This document shows, one piece after another, positions 22,467-32,712 of a stretch of DNA of 64,000 bases (position 1 is the first letter of the stretch; each line of letters starts with the position of its first letter). The stretch is from an uncultured Gammaproteobacteria bacterium (GTDB lineage: Bacteria > Patescibacteriota > Microgenomatia > Levybacterales > UBA12049). The stretch is taken from NCBI GenBank assembly GCA_964474445.1, contig CAYYSJ010000005.1, positions 17,835 through 81,834 on the forward strand, given 5' to 3'. A program made the translations under genes and the position numbers. Under the pieces are notes generated by a model, which was given only the letters and a program-made list of their open reading frames with translations, made no database searches and was not told the DNA's origin.

Positions 22467-24689
22467 ACTTACGCTAAGTGGTGGTAAGGCAAGGAGTATC
22501 CACGCTAAATTAATCGTTATTGTTTTTTTCACTGGTGCAACATGGATTGCAGCAACAGTCGTTTTTTGTGCAGTATCAAAGGTTGTTCGCACGGTCCCTG
22601 AACCTCCTTGAGCAGTTGGTCCATTGGTGTTTTCAGTGATTGGATTTTGGTTGTTTGATGCGGTTGGTGTTGTTGCAAGTTGCGCTGGCTGCTGTGGTGC
22701 AGAACTTGGTGATGGAGATTGGGTTGGTGTTGCAATACTTTGTGTAGTTGTTTGTTGCGCATTTGTCTGTGTATTGGTATTGTTTTGTGGTGTTTGCGTA
22801 TGTTGTTTTGTCTGGCCCGGTGTCACAAAGTCGCCTACCCATTTCCCAAATACATTAACAACAGTAACAAACAGCTTGCCCTTTCCAACAATATTGTCAT
22901 TAACAAAGTTAACAATGTTCGCAAGAATTTTTGCATCCCCTGTTTGAACAGTGACATTTCCTCCGGTATTTTCATTTGCAATATTGCCACCAGTATTGGC
23001 AGAAAGAGTAAGTTTGTTGCCAACTGTACCTGTATTTTTTTGTTGTGTTGTTGTTTGGGAATTTTGCGTTGTTTGTGCGTTATTAGTACTCCCTGCTCCA
23101 TTTCCATTATTACTTGCACTTACATTTCCATTTGCATCACTCGTAATCGTAAGACCATTTGATGCAACAGTAGATCCACTGGGTGCCCCGATCAGCTGAC
23201 CAATCCACTGCCCTGCTTTGTTAACAAGGACAAGCCATAAGTTACCGTCTGAAATATTGGAGTTTGCGATATTCAACACATGTGAATCCGCGGACGCTTG
23301 TCCACTATTTACCGTTGTTGTACCACCCGTATTTCGTGTGGCATCATTTCCTCCTGTTGTACTAGTCGTTTGCAGATTGTTGTCGATGACAGCGTCATTT
23401 GTTTGAGAAAGAAGATTATGTGACATCTGATTTGCAACCGAAGTATTGCTACTGCCTGCTCCGTTTCCTGCATTACTTAAGGATGTATTTGTGTTGTTGC
23501 AGCCATTTGTGCAGGGATTAAACGAATCCAACACGCTTTGTGGCAGGATGATATCTCCCTGTAAGTTTCCATAAATATTCACAACACCGTAGACAACATT
23601 TCCTGAAGCGATATTATTGTTCAAAAATGTTAATGAGTTTGCGGATACATTGGCATTGCCTGTTTGAATCCCTGTATTTCCTCCCGTATTCTTGTTTGAG
23701 AGATTGTCTCCAGAATTTGCCGTGAGAACTAAATTATTTCCAACACTTCCATCATTGGTTTGTGTGAGGGAGGATTGAGACGTTTTGTTTGCTTGAGAAG
23801 TGTTAGTACTCCCTGCCCCATTGCCGATATTTTTCACTATTTCTCCTGGAACTGTTGTTGAACATCCACTAATACAATGTGCTCCAAAATCCAAGACAAG
23901 ATCACCAGTATGGTTGTCTGCAATATTGAATTCTGCAACTGCTACACCATCAACGTTCGTGTTTTGCGCGGTAATGATTGTTCCGGAAACATTTGCATCG
24001 CCTGTTTTGGTTGCTGTATCTCCAACATTTTCAGAAGCATTGTTTTTGCCTGTGACAGATGCTTGTGAAAGTGTTTGGGCAGAACTTGCAGTATTTGTTT
24101 GGACAGCACTCGTTGTATTGTTTGTTGATGTCGATGTTGCATTGGTAGATTGTGCTCCGTTTCCTGCATTTGTTGCATTTGATGATGATGGTGTTGGTGA
24201 GGCATCATGTGTTGTTCCAATTCCTGATGGGGACGTCGCTCCATTATTGTTTCCAGTTGTTGTACTGGTATTTTGTGGATTTGCGTTACCTGTTGTCACG
24301 GCGTTTGTCCCTGCTGGTGCAGAAGTTGGTGTGGGAGATGTAGAAACTGTTGGATCCCAATGAGGATCATTTTGCTGTGGATTCCCTCCAGAATTTACAC
24401 TTGGACTTTGTGTAGGGGTAGAAGTAGTTGGGGTATGTTCGTGAGGAGGATTGTTTGTAGTATTGTTCGTGTTACTTGTAGAGGTTTGTTGTTGCGGTGA
24501 TGGTGTTTGAGAAGTGGAAGGTACAGATGGAGCTGCTGGGGCGCTTGGTGCTGTTGGAGCACTGGGTGGTGTTTGTATCGTTGCTGCATGGATAGGAAGC
24601 GTGTTAAAAAGAATCATGCAGAGAATCAGTATGCCTGTGAAGAATTTTTTTAGACTGATTTCTCTATATTGTTTTATTTTATGTTTCAT
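22434..24689 (-). CDS. Membrane-anchored secreted Asn/Thr/Gly repeat protein
   Basis: Signal peptide, P/T/S stalk, four NGAxSxN..QxN..TGxNxAxxNTGG..TGxA repeats, C-terminal TM plus KRK. Confidence 0.8.
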   Translation of the reverse strand: MKHKIKQYREISLKKFFTGILILCMILFNTLPIHAATIQTPPSAPTAPSAPAAPSVPSTSQTPSPQQQTSTSNTNNTTNNPPHEHTPTTSTPTQSPSVNSGGNPQQNDPHWDPTVSTSPTPTSAPAGTNAVTTGNANPQNTSTTTGNNNGATSPSGIGTTHDASPTPSSSNATNAGNGAQSTNATSTSTNNTTSAVQTNTASSAQTLSQASVTGKNNASENVGDTATKTGDANVSGTIITAQNTNVDGVAVAEFNIADNHTGDLVLDFGAHCISGCSTTVPGEIVKNIGNGAGSTNTSQANKTSQSSLTQTNDGSVGNNLVLTANSGDNLSNKNTGGNTGIQTGNANVSANSLTFLNNNIASGNVVYGVVNIYGNLQGDIILPQSVLDSFNPCTNGCNNTNTSLSNAGNGAGSSNTSVANQMSHNLLSQTNDAVIDNNLQTTSTTGGNDATRNTGGTTTVNSGQASADSHVLNIANSNISDGNLWLVLVNKAGQWIGQLIGAPSGSTVASNGLTITSDANGNVSASNNGNGAGSTNNAQTTQNSQTTTQQKNTGTVGNKLTLSANTGGNIANENTGGNVTVQTGDAKILANIVNFVNDNIVGKGKLFVTVVNVFGKWVGDFVTPGQTKQHTQTPQNNTNTQTNAQQTTTQSIATPTQSPSPSSAPQQPAQLATTPTASNNQNPITENTNGPTAQGGSGTVRTTFDTAQKTTVAAIHVAPVKKTITINLAWILLALPPLSVSLLLFKLLKRK

Positions 24690-24733
24690 AGTTCTTTATT
24701 ATTGTTTCTTCTTTTTTTGTTGCTTTCGTCTTC

Positions 24734-24775
24734 CTGTAGGGTTTGGAGAGAAGTGCTTCTCCAAGATCCCTACAG
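24734..24775 (-). terminator. Intergenic stem-loop between the two repeat-protein genes
   Basis: CTGTAGGGATCTTGGAGA pairs with TCTCCAAACCCTACAG on the - strand. Confidence 0.6.
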
Positions 24776-24785
24776 AAAGAACTAG

Positions 24786-26024
24786 TTATAGATGCATAGA
24801 TCCAAGAGCATTACCCATATCAAAGGTAAAATTGAGATCTGTTCCTCCTGGAAGCTGCAATCCACCTGGCCCAAAGGTATTTACATTAGCATTGTTTCGT
24901 ACCGTTGTATCACTCCCTGAATGTCCAGTCACGACGTCGACTGGATCACCTCGGAATAGATTTCCTGTATTTCTGTTTGCATTGTTTTTACCGGTACTTC
25001 CTTTGCTGGTAACATCGTTTGATATCGCTGCGTTTCCATCTTGGAAGGCAGAAAGTTCGTCTGTCGAACGATGGGTAATATTGTTCTCAGATTGTGCTCC
25101 GTTTCCAGAGATTCTTCCAAAGACACCATCATCTCGAAGACATCCACAGTTACCTAAGTCTGCACTATTAAAGTTTGCTAATGTTCTGACACCAGTGCGG
25201 TTGGTTGCATTGCCTGTATCAACAGTAACGTTGCCATCGGTATTTTCATTTGCGTTATTTTTTCCTGTTGTTGCATCTGCATGAACTTTATTGCGAACAT
25301 CGGCTTGGTTGTCTTGTACCAAACTGACGGAGTTGTTACGGTTGAGATCTATCTGATTAGAAGACTCTGCACCGTTTCCATGGATACGCAATTCAGCTCC
25401 TGTACCATTTCCATTTCCTCCATCATTTCCCATTCTTGCCACATTGGCGTTCACTGCTGTACTCAGCGCTGTGTCATTGGCTGCATGTCCTGTAAGGACT
25501 GACACATCTCCTCCTGTATTCCTATCTGCATTGTTGTGACCTGTCCTTGCGTTTGCAGTGACATCATTCGTCACGTTTGCTTCATTGTTTTGGAAAAGAG
25601 ATGTATTACGGGTTGTGTCAACAGAAGCATTATTGTTGGAATTAAAACCATTACCAGAAAGGGTAACGGTTGATTGTCCATCTCCGTTGCAGTTACAGTT
25701 TCCTACATCTGCAACATTTGCATTTGCTCGTGTTCTAACATCAGTCGTGTTACGAGCATTTCCTGTATCAATACTGACATTCCCTCCCGTATTTTCATTT
25801 GCTCTATTTCCTCCTGTTGTTGCATCTGAATGGACGTTATTGGAAATGTCTGCGTTATTGTCTTGGACAACTGTTGTCTTTTTGTTGGAAGTGGTATCTA
25901 CAGAATTATTCGATTCTGCTCCATTTCCGTTGATGCGTAATGTGGAATCTGCGAATACCATTGGCGTTAATGCATTAAGTAAAAGAGTTCCACTTGCGAA
26001 CATCGTCAGTAATTGTTTTTGCAT
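24786..26024 (-). CDS. Secreted Asn/Thr/Gly repeat protein, paralogue of 22434..24689
   Basis: Signal peptide (..PMVFA|DS), four ~85-90 aa repeats, CxC linkers, strong SD AAGGGGGTGAA. Confidence 0.85.
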   Translation of the reverse strand: MQKQLLTMFASGTLLLNALTPMVFADSTLRINGNGAESNNSVDTTSNKKTTVVQDNNADISNNVHSDATTGGNRANENTGGNVSIDTGNARNTTDVRTRANANVADVGNCNCNGDGQSTVTLSGNGFNSNNNASVDTTRNTSLFQNNEANVTNDVTANARTGHNNADRNTGGDVSVLTGHAANDTALSTAVNANVARMGNDGGNGNGTGAELRIHGNGAESSNQIDLNRNNSVSLVQDNQADVRNKVHADATTGKNNANENTDGNVTVDTGNATNRTGVRTLANFNSADLGNCGCLRDDGVFGRISGNGAQSENNITHRSTDELSAFQDGNAAISNDVTSKGSTGKNNANRNTGNLFRGDPVDVVTGHSGSDTTVRNNANVNTFGPGGLQLPGGTDLNFTFDMGNALGSMHL

Positions 26025-26189
26025 ATATTCTGTTCACCCCCTTTCCTTTCAAAGATCCTGTTTTTCTCAGGCGCACTTCAGCGCAAACTGTAGAGAGTAG
26101 CTCTTAAGGAGAAGTTAATAAGCAGTAAGACTTGGGTAATAACAAAGATGAAGTGACAAAAACAATTATGAATGGTCAAAGAACAGATG

Positions 26190-26795
26190 TTATTTTTTCA
26201 GAGGAATATTAATGACTGTTTTTTGTCCATTGATTTCTCCAACATGCAGCTTCACGTCTTTTATTGTGTCATTCACTGGTAAACCAATTCGTGTATATTT
26301 TGTTGAAATTGGTTGGATGGTAACAGGATCATTGTGAATTTCTGGAGCCAACAACTCTGGATGATTATCAAGACTAATTCGGATAAAATCGCGACTATTC
26401 AGTTGCATACTTTGTGTACTTGGATTACCAATTTTTAAATTGAGGATAAGAAATGTTCTTCCTGCAACTGCGTCTGCTTTTTGTCCTTGCAAAATAATTT
26501 GATCTTGTAAATCCAGAGATTGAATAGTATAGGTAACTTGCGTAATGACGTCTCCCTTATCATCTCTCACAGGAAATGAGAAATCTTTATTAATCGTTTT
26601 AGAATAATAGGGTTTGGCAACACTGATTTTTGTAGGAGACTTTTTCGCTGTTTGATTCCCGACAACATATGCAGCGATAATAAGAAGAACAACAAGGAGG
26701 ATTTTTCCTCCTGTCCATACTGTTCTTTTTGCAATCACTCCTTTCTTGGAAGAAGTTGTTGTGGGTTGATAGATAGCAAGTGGACTGATATGCAT
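26190..26795 (-). CDS. Membrane-anchored DUF4352-like Ig-fold protein
   Basis: N-terminal TM; GRTFLILNLKI.N, V.IQP.ST...GL. Confidence 0.6.
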   Translation of the reverse strand: MHISPLAIYQPTTTSSKKGVIAKRTVWTGGKILLVVLLIIAAYVVGNQTAKKSPTKISVAKPYYSKTINKDFSFPVRDDKGDVITQVTYTIQSLDLQDQIILQGQKADAVAGRTFLILNLKIGNPSTQSMQLNSRDFIRISLDNHPELLAPEIHNDPVTIQPISTKYTRIGLPVNDTIKDVKLHVGEINGQKTVINIPLKK

Positions 26796-26798
26796 AGA

Positions 26799-27224
26799 TT
26801 AGTCACAGAGTGCATGGATAAAAATTGTTGTCGATGTTTCCTTTGCACCTTTGCCAATAATAATGGAAAGTTGTTGATGATTTTTTTCTCCAACAAGCAT
26901 GTTTGATGATGTTCCGTTCGTGTTGTCGACAATATCGGTTACAATGGAAAATTGTTCCTGTTGTAGCTTTTCTTTATACCATTCCACAACATGCAATGGT
27001 TCGTCTGTTGTTTCTAAACGCACATATTCTTGTTGATTGTCTTTTACTATTGTTTTGGGGTAAAAAAATGCTGAAGGACAGGGTTTTTGTAGTGGCAGTT
27101 GGGATATTTTTGTTTGTGTTTTAGTGTTTGCAAGGGTAAGTTGTTGCTGTTTATTCCACGACGAGACATATACTTGAAAAAGAATTACTGCAATAAGAAA
27201 AAAAAGAGGCCAATATTTTTTCAT
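26799..27224 (-). CDS. Hypothetical membrane-anchored/secreted protein
   Basis: N-terminal hydrophobic helix; YP..T.D...V.EWYKEKL. Confidence 0.6.
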   Translation of the reverse strand: MKKYWPLFFLIAVILFQVYVSSWNKQQQLTLANTKTQTKISQLPLQKPCPSAFFYPKTIVKDNQQEYVRLETTDEPLHVVEWYKEKLQQEQFSIVTDIVDNTNGTSSNMLVGEKNHQQLSIIIGKGAKETSTTIFIHALCD

Positions 27225-27301
27225 ACAAAGCAGTCAGGCAACATCATAAAAATACCTATTATGAAACTTTGTTGAATTGTGTAAGACTTACGTAACAAGG
27301 A

Positions 27302-28801
27302 CTATGTTTTCGGAATACGAAATGAAAACGTAGAACCTTTGCCTGGTGTACTTGCCACAGACATATCTCCTCCATGGGCTTTCACAATTTGTGATGAGAT
27401 ATACAGGCCAAGGCCAAGTCCCTGCGTAAATTGTGTTTGTTTTTGCTCTCCTCGATAAAACCGTTCAAAAATCTTTCTAGCAACATCTTTTGACATCCCT
27501 ATGCCAAAATCGGTGACGTGAATCAACATATCTTTTCTTCTATTCTCGAGTGTTACCAGAATACGTGTTGCCTCAGGAGAATATTTAATTGCGTTATTGA
27601 GGAGATTAATCAGGACTTCTTCTATTTTTCTTTTATCTATCATGATTGATGTTTTAATGGTACCCTTTTTGATAATGCGATGTTGTTTTTCAGAAGACTG
27701 TATTGTTTCGATAATCTCTTGAACAAGTTGATTGATATCAACTTGTTCTTTGTTCAGTATGACTGATCCTTTTTGAATTTGTGAGACATCAAGGAGTGTT
27801 GTGATCAAATCAAAAAGTCTCTGCAATTGGTTTGATGCTTTTTTTAGATAATTTTGTGCATCCTTGTCTGGATGCGTTTGATAATATTTTTGCAATAATT
27901 GTAAATACAAAGCGGTACTGGAAACTGGATTTTTTAGTTCATGAGCAGCAATACTAATAAAATCTTCTTTTTCTTGTTCTTGACGTTTTACGTCTGTTGT
28001 GTCTCGAAAAAGTTTAATAAATCCATAGAATTGATTATTACTTGTCCAGAGTGGAGTAGTAAATCCACTTGAGAAAAACCGTGACCCATTTTTCTTTTGT
28101 AACTGATTTTCATCTGTTGATTTTCCATAACGAAGAGCTTTCACAAACTCTTTTTCTGGTATATTTTTTTCTTTATCCTCTTGTGTATACAAAATTGAAA
28201 TAAATTTACTCTGAAGCTCTCCTCTCTTATATCCAGTAAGACGATAGACACCTTCATTTGCATCAGTAATATATCCCCTTTTATTAAAGAAAATAATGCC
28301 GTAATCTGTTGTATTTTCAAGAAGAAGTTGAAATGAGAGTTTTATTGATTCTGCTTGTGTCGTTGCATTTTTTAGATTAGCAATGAAATAACTTACCACG
28401 ATACCCTCAATACCATAGAGAAGAAGAACAACGACGTTTCTTATCGGATGTATGGCAAAACTCCAAAATGGAGGAACAGCAATATATGAGACAACAAATA
28501 TTCCTAAAAGCGTTGCGAGAAGACCAGAATACAACCCTGCTAACCAACTGCTAAAAATAACTGGGAATAAAAAAAGAAACAATTGTACATTGGAAAAAAC
28601 CTGGGAAAACTGGATTTTTATAATAAGCACAACAAGGACAGTGATAATAGGAAATCCAAACCCTCTCACCCAAGAAGAAATGACTTCCTGCATCTCTTGT
28701 TGAGGAGTTTTCTCAGGCTCATGGTTTCGAAATTCTCTGATAACTGCCTTAATGATATTTTCCTTCTGTATTTGTTTCAATGAAGGAATTCGTGGAGGCA
28801 T
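27302..28801 (-). CDS. Sensor histidine kinase (DUF4118 TM + PAS + HisKA + HATPase)
   Basis: AAHELKNP, NLLNNAIKYS, DFGIG, GLGLGL; start moved to MPPRIP. Confidence 0.9.
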   Translation of the reverse strand: MPPRIPSLKQIQKENIIKAVIREFRNHEPEKTPQQEMQEVISSWVRGFGFPIITVLVVLIIKIQFSQVFSNVQLFLFLFPVIFSSWLAGLYSGLLATLLGIFVVSYIAVPPFWSFAIHPIRNVVVLLLYGIEGIVVSYFIANLKNATTQAESIKLSFQLLLENTTDYGIIFFNKRGYITDANEGVYRLTGYKRGELQSKFISILYTQEDKEKNIPEKEFVKALRYGKSTDENQLQKKNGSRFFSSGFTTPLWTSNNQFYGFIKLFRDTTDVKRQEQEKEDFISIAAHELKNPVSSTALYLQLLQKYYQTHPDKDAQNYLKKASNQLQRLFDLITTLLDVSQIQKGSVILNKEQVDINQLVQEIIETIQSSEKQHRIIKKGTIKTSIMIDKRKIEEVLINLLNNAIKYSPEATRILVTLENRRKDMLIHVTDFGIGMSKDVARKIFERFYRGEQKQTQFTQGLGLGLYISSQIVKAHGGDMSVASTPGKGSTFSFRIPKT

Positions 28802-28938
28802 ATAGTATTGGTTTTCTGTGTCTACTATCTGTGGTATCAGTAAAAATTTATAGAGAAATTCGTAAGAATGTTTCAAGATTACAGATAACAATACCTATTG
28901 ACAAGGTTAAAATTAGTGTGCTTAACTTAAACTGTAGG

Positions 28939-29481
28939 ATGAAAAAACTGTCCAACCTCATTCGATGTTTTTCAATAAAACCTCAAGCTGGATTTACTCT
29001 TATCGAACTGCTTGTTGTTATTGGTATTTTAGGTGTGTTAGCAGCTGCACTGGTCGCAACAATTGATCCTTTTGAGCAGTTGAAAAAGGCAAATGATGCC
29101 AATATAAAAAATACTGCAGTTGAATTTATTAACGCGAATATTCGTTACTATACAACCCACAATCAAATGCCATGGATCGCTAATTGTTTGGGTGCTGGAG
29201 CAACTGCTCCATCTGGAAATCCATTATATCCTAACCTGACTGGTTGTTTAGTAAGCTTGGTTGGAGATGGAGAAATTAAAAGTGCCTTTACGACGGTAAC
29301 TGGCGTCTTAAGTAGTATTACCATTACCGGGGATGCGAACTCGGTGACTGCATGTTTCTTACCACAATCAAAAGCGCAACGAGCAGATGGGAATACGAGA
29401 TGGAATAATACTGGTTCTGCTACAATAGCACCAGCAAGCTGTGGACCTACCTCAACGCTTTGTTACTGGTGTTCACAGTAA
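28939..29481 (+). CDS. Type IV pilin (candidate major pilin)
   Basis: G|FTLIELLVV prepilin site; own TTGACA promoter at 28898. Confidence 0.9.
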   Translation: MKKLSNLIRCFSIKPQAGFTLIELLVVIGILGVLAAALVATIDPFEQLKKANDANIKNTAVEFINANIRYYTTHNQMPWIANCLGAGATAPSGNPLYPNLTGCLVSLVGDGEIKSAFTTVTGVLSSITITGDANSVTACFLPQSKAQRADGNTRWNNTGSATIAPASCGPTSTLCYWCSQ

Positions 29482-29489
29482 CAAACCTC

Positions 29490-31508
29490 ATGATAAAAAA
29501 ACACATACAAGCATCCATACTTATTGTTGTCGTTTTTATTCTGTATCTACACAACCTTTCTCGTAGTGTGTATGGTGGAGATGTTGGAGATTTAGTCACT
29601 GCTGCTTCTCTTATGGGTGTTGCCCATCCTCCTGGTTACCCTCTCTTTACTTTCCTCGGATTCTTGTTAACACGTTTGACATTCCTGCACCTTCCTCAGG
29701 CATTTTTAGTAGGACTGATTTCTGTTTTTTCGGCAGTGATAGGTGTCGGAGCTTTTTACGCTTTGACTTTCCAGTTGTCAAAAAATAGACTCTCCTCTCT
29801 TCTTGCAACTGCTATTCTTTCGTTCTCTTTTCTCTATTGGTTCTATGCTGAAATTGCAGAAGTATTTGCGCTCAACAGCATGTTTGCCATTTTGTTACTC
29901 CTTGTTGCACTCCTTTTCCGAAAAAAACCAACATTATCTCTCTTAGGAATCTTCTCCTTTCTCCTTGGCCTTTCCATTACAAATCATCAAACAATTATTC
30001 TTCTCTTTCCATCCCTAGCTCTTCTTACTGTCAAACCAGTGTGGCATATGGTGAAAACAGCAAAAAAAGCAATTGGAATTGTTTGTATAGGCGTACTCAT
30101 AGGTATGTTGCCCTATAGCTATATCCCCTTTGCAGCATCGCACCACCCGATTGTGAATTGGGATAATGTTCATGATCTTCGTTCATTCTTGCATCTTGTC
30201 TTACGACAGGATTATGGAACATTTCAGGCAGGTATTTTTGAAAAGCCGACCTTGTTACAACGACTTGTTACACTCAAGGTATATAGTCTTTATCTTATCT
30301 CACAAGTAACAATTCCCGTTGTTTTGGTAAGTTTTCTAGGATTTGTGACACTTTGGAAAAAGGAGAGAATAGTCAGTATTGCACTGTTTCTTGCATTTCT
30401 TCTTTCAGGACCAGTGTTTATCGCATATGCAGGATTTCCGTTAACAGGTAGTTTTATTTTAGGGGTGTATGAACGCTTTTTCCTCCTCTCATCCATTGTG
30501 CTTCTTATCCCCTTTTCTGTAGGAATTCTATGGATTGCGACGCGTCTGAGTTCAATTCTTTCAAGAAAAATCTATATCTCTGTTTTCCAGCTCGTTTTTT
30601 TCCTTATTCCACTGGCACTGTTGCTGTATAACTTTCCCAAAACAGATCTTTCATCAGTCATGGTTGGAGATACCTATGCAGAAGATCTTCTCAATTCTCT
30701 CCCTCAAAACTCTTTGCTGGTATTTAGCGGAGATACCCTTGTTTTTAACACATGGTATGTCCACTATGTACGACATGTCAGACCAGATATTACGCTGTAT
30801 AATTTTGGAGGTGAAGTGCAGAATGCCTCTTCACGTCTTACCCCAATACAGAGAGTGGAAAATAAATTGAATACATTGGTTGCAACGTTGATAGAGAATG
30901 CAAAAGAACGTCCTGTTTTCTCTTCAGTGCTTTTAGAACCAACAAACGATAGGAAAAAAATAACCTGGATTCCTTATGGATTGGTATACAAATTGAGTTC
31001 TTCATCAGACGGCCTTCCTGGAAAAGATGCCTATGTCCCAGACCAAAAACGTTTATGGTCTATGTTTCATCTTCCAACCCAGGAGGAGATGAAAAAAAAT
31101 GTCTTTCATAATTTAACGATTGCAGCATTCCCAACTGCTTTCTCTGATGCTGCTCTGACGACAGGAACATTTATCTATACCAAGTATGCTGACAGTGAGG
31201 ATGCCATGTCATATTATCAAAAAGCCCTTGCCTTAGATCCTGGTAATGCGAAAGCGTACGAAACACTTGGAGCATATTATGTTGGTGTAAGTGGAAAATG
31301 TTCTGAGGTTGTTGGTAATTTGAGCAAATCTCTTTATTTGAATCCGTTTGAAAAGCTTCCGTATTTTCTGTTATATGCAACGTATAAAGATTGTTATCAC
31401 AGAATGGATATTGCGAAAAAAATTGCATTGCAATTTAATACAGTCTTTCAGCAGGATTTTACAAAAGAAATGAAAAATCAAGTTTCTGCAACACTTTTCT
31501 CTCAGTAG
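29490..31508 (+). CDS. DUF2723 / TMEM260-like protein O-mannosyltransferase (GT-C) with TPR tail
   Basis: GGDVGD, GVAHPPGYPL, AEV.ALN, NHQT. Confidence 0.8.
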   Translation: MIKKHIQASILIVVVFILYLHNLSRSVYGGDVGDLVTAASLMGVAHPPGYPLFTFLGFLLTRLTFLHLPQAFLVGLISVFSAVIGVGAFYALTFQLSKNRLSSLLATAILSFSFLYWFYAEIAEVFALNSMFAILLLLVALLFRKKPTLSLLGIFSFLLGLSITNHQTIILLFPSLALLTVKPVWHMVKTAKKAIGIVCIGVLIGMLPYSYIPFAASHHPIVNWDNVHDLRSFLHLVLRQDYGTFQAGIFEKPTLLQRLVTLKVYSLYLISQVTIPVVLVSFLGFVTLWKKERIVSIALFLAFLLSGPVFIAYAGFPLTGSFILGVYERFFLLSSIVLLIPFSVGILWIATRLSSILSRKIYISVFQLVFFLIPLALLLYNFPKTDLSSVMVGDTYAEDLLNSLPQNSLLVFSGDTLVFNTWYVHYVRHVRPDITLYNFGGEVQNASSRLTPIQRVENKLNTLVATLIENAKERPVFSSVLLEPTNDRKKITWIPYGLVYKLSSSSDGLPGKDAYVPDQKRLWSMFHLPTQEEMKKNVFHNLTIAAFPTAFSDAALTTGTFIYTKYADSEDAMSYYQKALALDPGNAKAYETLGAYYVGVSGKCSEVVGNLSKSLYLNPFEKLPYFLLYATYKDCYHRMDIAKKIALQFNTVFQQDFTKEMKNQVSATLFSQ

Positions 31509-31549
31509 TTTTGCTTGTTTGCATGCTTTTCTCATAGTATACTGAAACC

Positions 31550-32710
31550 ATGAAAATAGACTGGCATATTGTTGGTATGATCGCATTTGTGAAAATATGT
31601 ATTTTCTCATTACTGTTTCTTTCTTTTGAGTTTTTTCCTTTTAATACTGTCTATTATTTCTCAAACTTTATCTATCCAAAAGGAGAGGCTATTTCATTAA
31701 AAACTGCGTACAAAACATGGGATGCTCAGCACTTCTTATTTTTGAGTGAAAAAGGATATCATGCAAAAAATGATTCAAATGCCTTTCCTCCTTTGTATCC
31801 ACTTGCTATATTTTTACTCACGACTCTCACAAAAAATAGCTTTGTGTCTGGCTTAATTATTTCCAATCTTTGCTCTCTGGTTGGCTTCTATCTGTTCTAT
31901 GAGCTTGTCTCTCTTTGGTTTACAAAAAAAATTGCGTATACAAGTCTTCTTCTTTTACTCTCATTTCCAACAAGTTTTTTCTTCTCACTGATTTATTCTG
32001 AATCACTATTCTTTTTGTGCCTTATGCTGTTTTTCTCGTTTCTAACAAAGAAACAGATCGGTTTTGCTGCTCTCATGGCTCTTCTTCTTCCGACAATCCG
32101 TTTAGTTGGAGTTGCTATTGTGCTTCCTTTTGTCAGCTGGTATGTGTTTGACATGCGCAAGTTGACTCTTTTTGATGAGGTAAAAAATATTGCAGAAAAC
32201 ATGCTGAGAAAAGAGGCACTCCTTCTCCTCTCTCCCCTACTTGGTTTTGGAGTTGTCCTGCTTTGTATGTTTTTGTTTACAGGAAATGCATTTGCACCAT
32301 TTGATGCGTTGCAACAATATGTTTCTCATCACTCGGTACTTTCCTTGTTTAATCTCTTCTCTTTTCTTGGAGTATTCTTCCATTTCCCCCTTGCTTTACA
32401 TGGGTATACAAATTCTATTTTTGATAGAGTGTTCTTTCTCGGATTCGTACTGCTTAGTGTACTCATGATACGAAGAGTATCGATAACGCTTCTTCTCTTT
32501 AGTATTGCCTTTGGGGTACTTCCCGTTTTGAGTGGAAGTTTCATGTCATATATGCGCTACGTTGCTGTTATCTTTCCTCTCTATATTGTCTTAGCACAAC
32601 TTGTAGAAGAAAAAAAATATCAAGCTTTCAAATTTCCTTTGTTATTTTTCTTTATTCTCTTGCAAACGCTATTTGTTATTATGCATAGTATAAATTATTG
32701 GGTTGCGTAA
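31550..32710 (+). CDS. PIG-V-like membrane mannosyltransferase (GT-C)
   Basis: WDAQHF..GY, AFPPLYP, FP.SFF..YSES, S..RY..FPL. Confidence 0.8.
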   Translation: MKIDWHIVGMIAFVKICIFSLLFLSFEFFPFNTVYYFSNFIYPKGEAISLKTAYKTWDAQHFLFLSEKGYHAKNDSNAFPPLYPLAIFLLTTLTKNSFVSGLIISNLCSLVGFYLFYELVSLWFTKKIAYTSLLLLLSFPTSFFFSLIYSESLFFLCLMLFFSFLTKKQIGFAALMALLLPTIRLVGVAIVLPFVSWYVFDMRKLTLFDEVKNIAENMLRKEALLLLSPLLGFGVVLLCMFLFTGNAFAPFDALQQYVSHHSVLSLFNLFSFLGVFFHFPLALHGYTNSIFDRVFFLGFVLLSVLMIRRVSITLLLFSIAFGVLPVLSGSFMSYMRYVAVIFPLYIVLAQLVEEKKYQAFKFPLLFFFILLQTLFVIMHSINYWVA

Positions 32711-32712
32711 GC

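Noticed and set aside
22434-26024. Curli (csgA/B) or Fap orthologues
   Set aside because: Repeat motif and length differ and no CsgG or FapF secretion gene is present; treated as analogous only.
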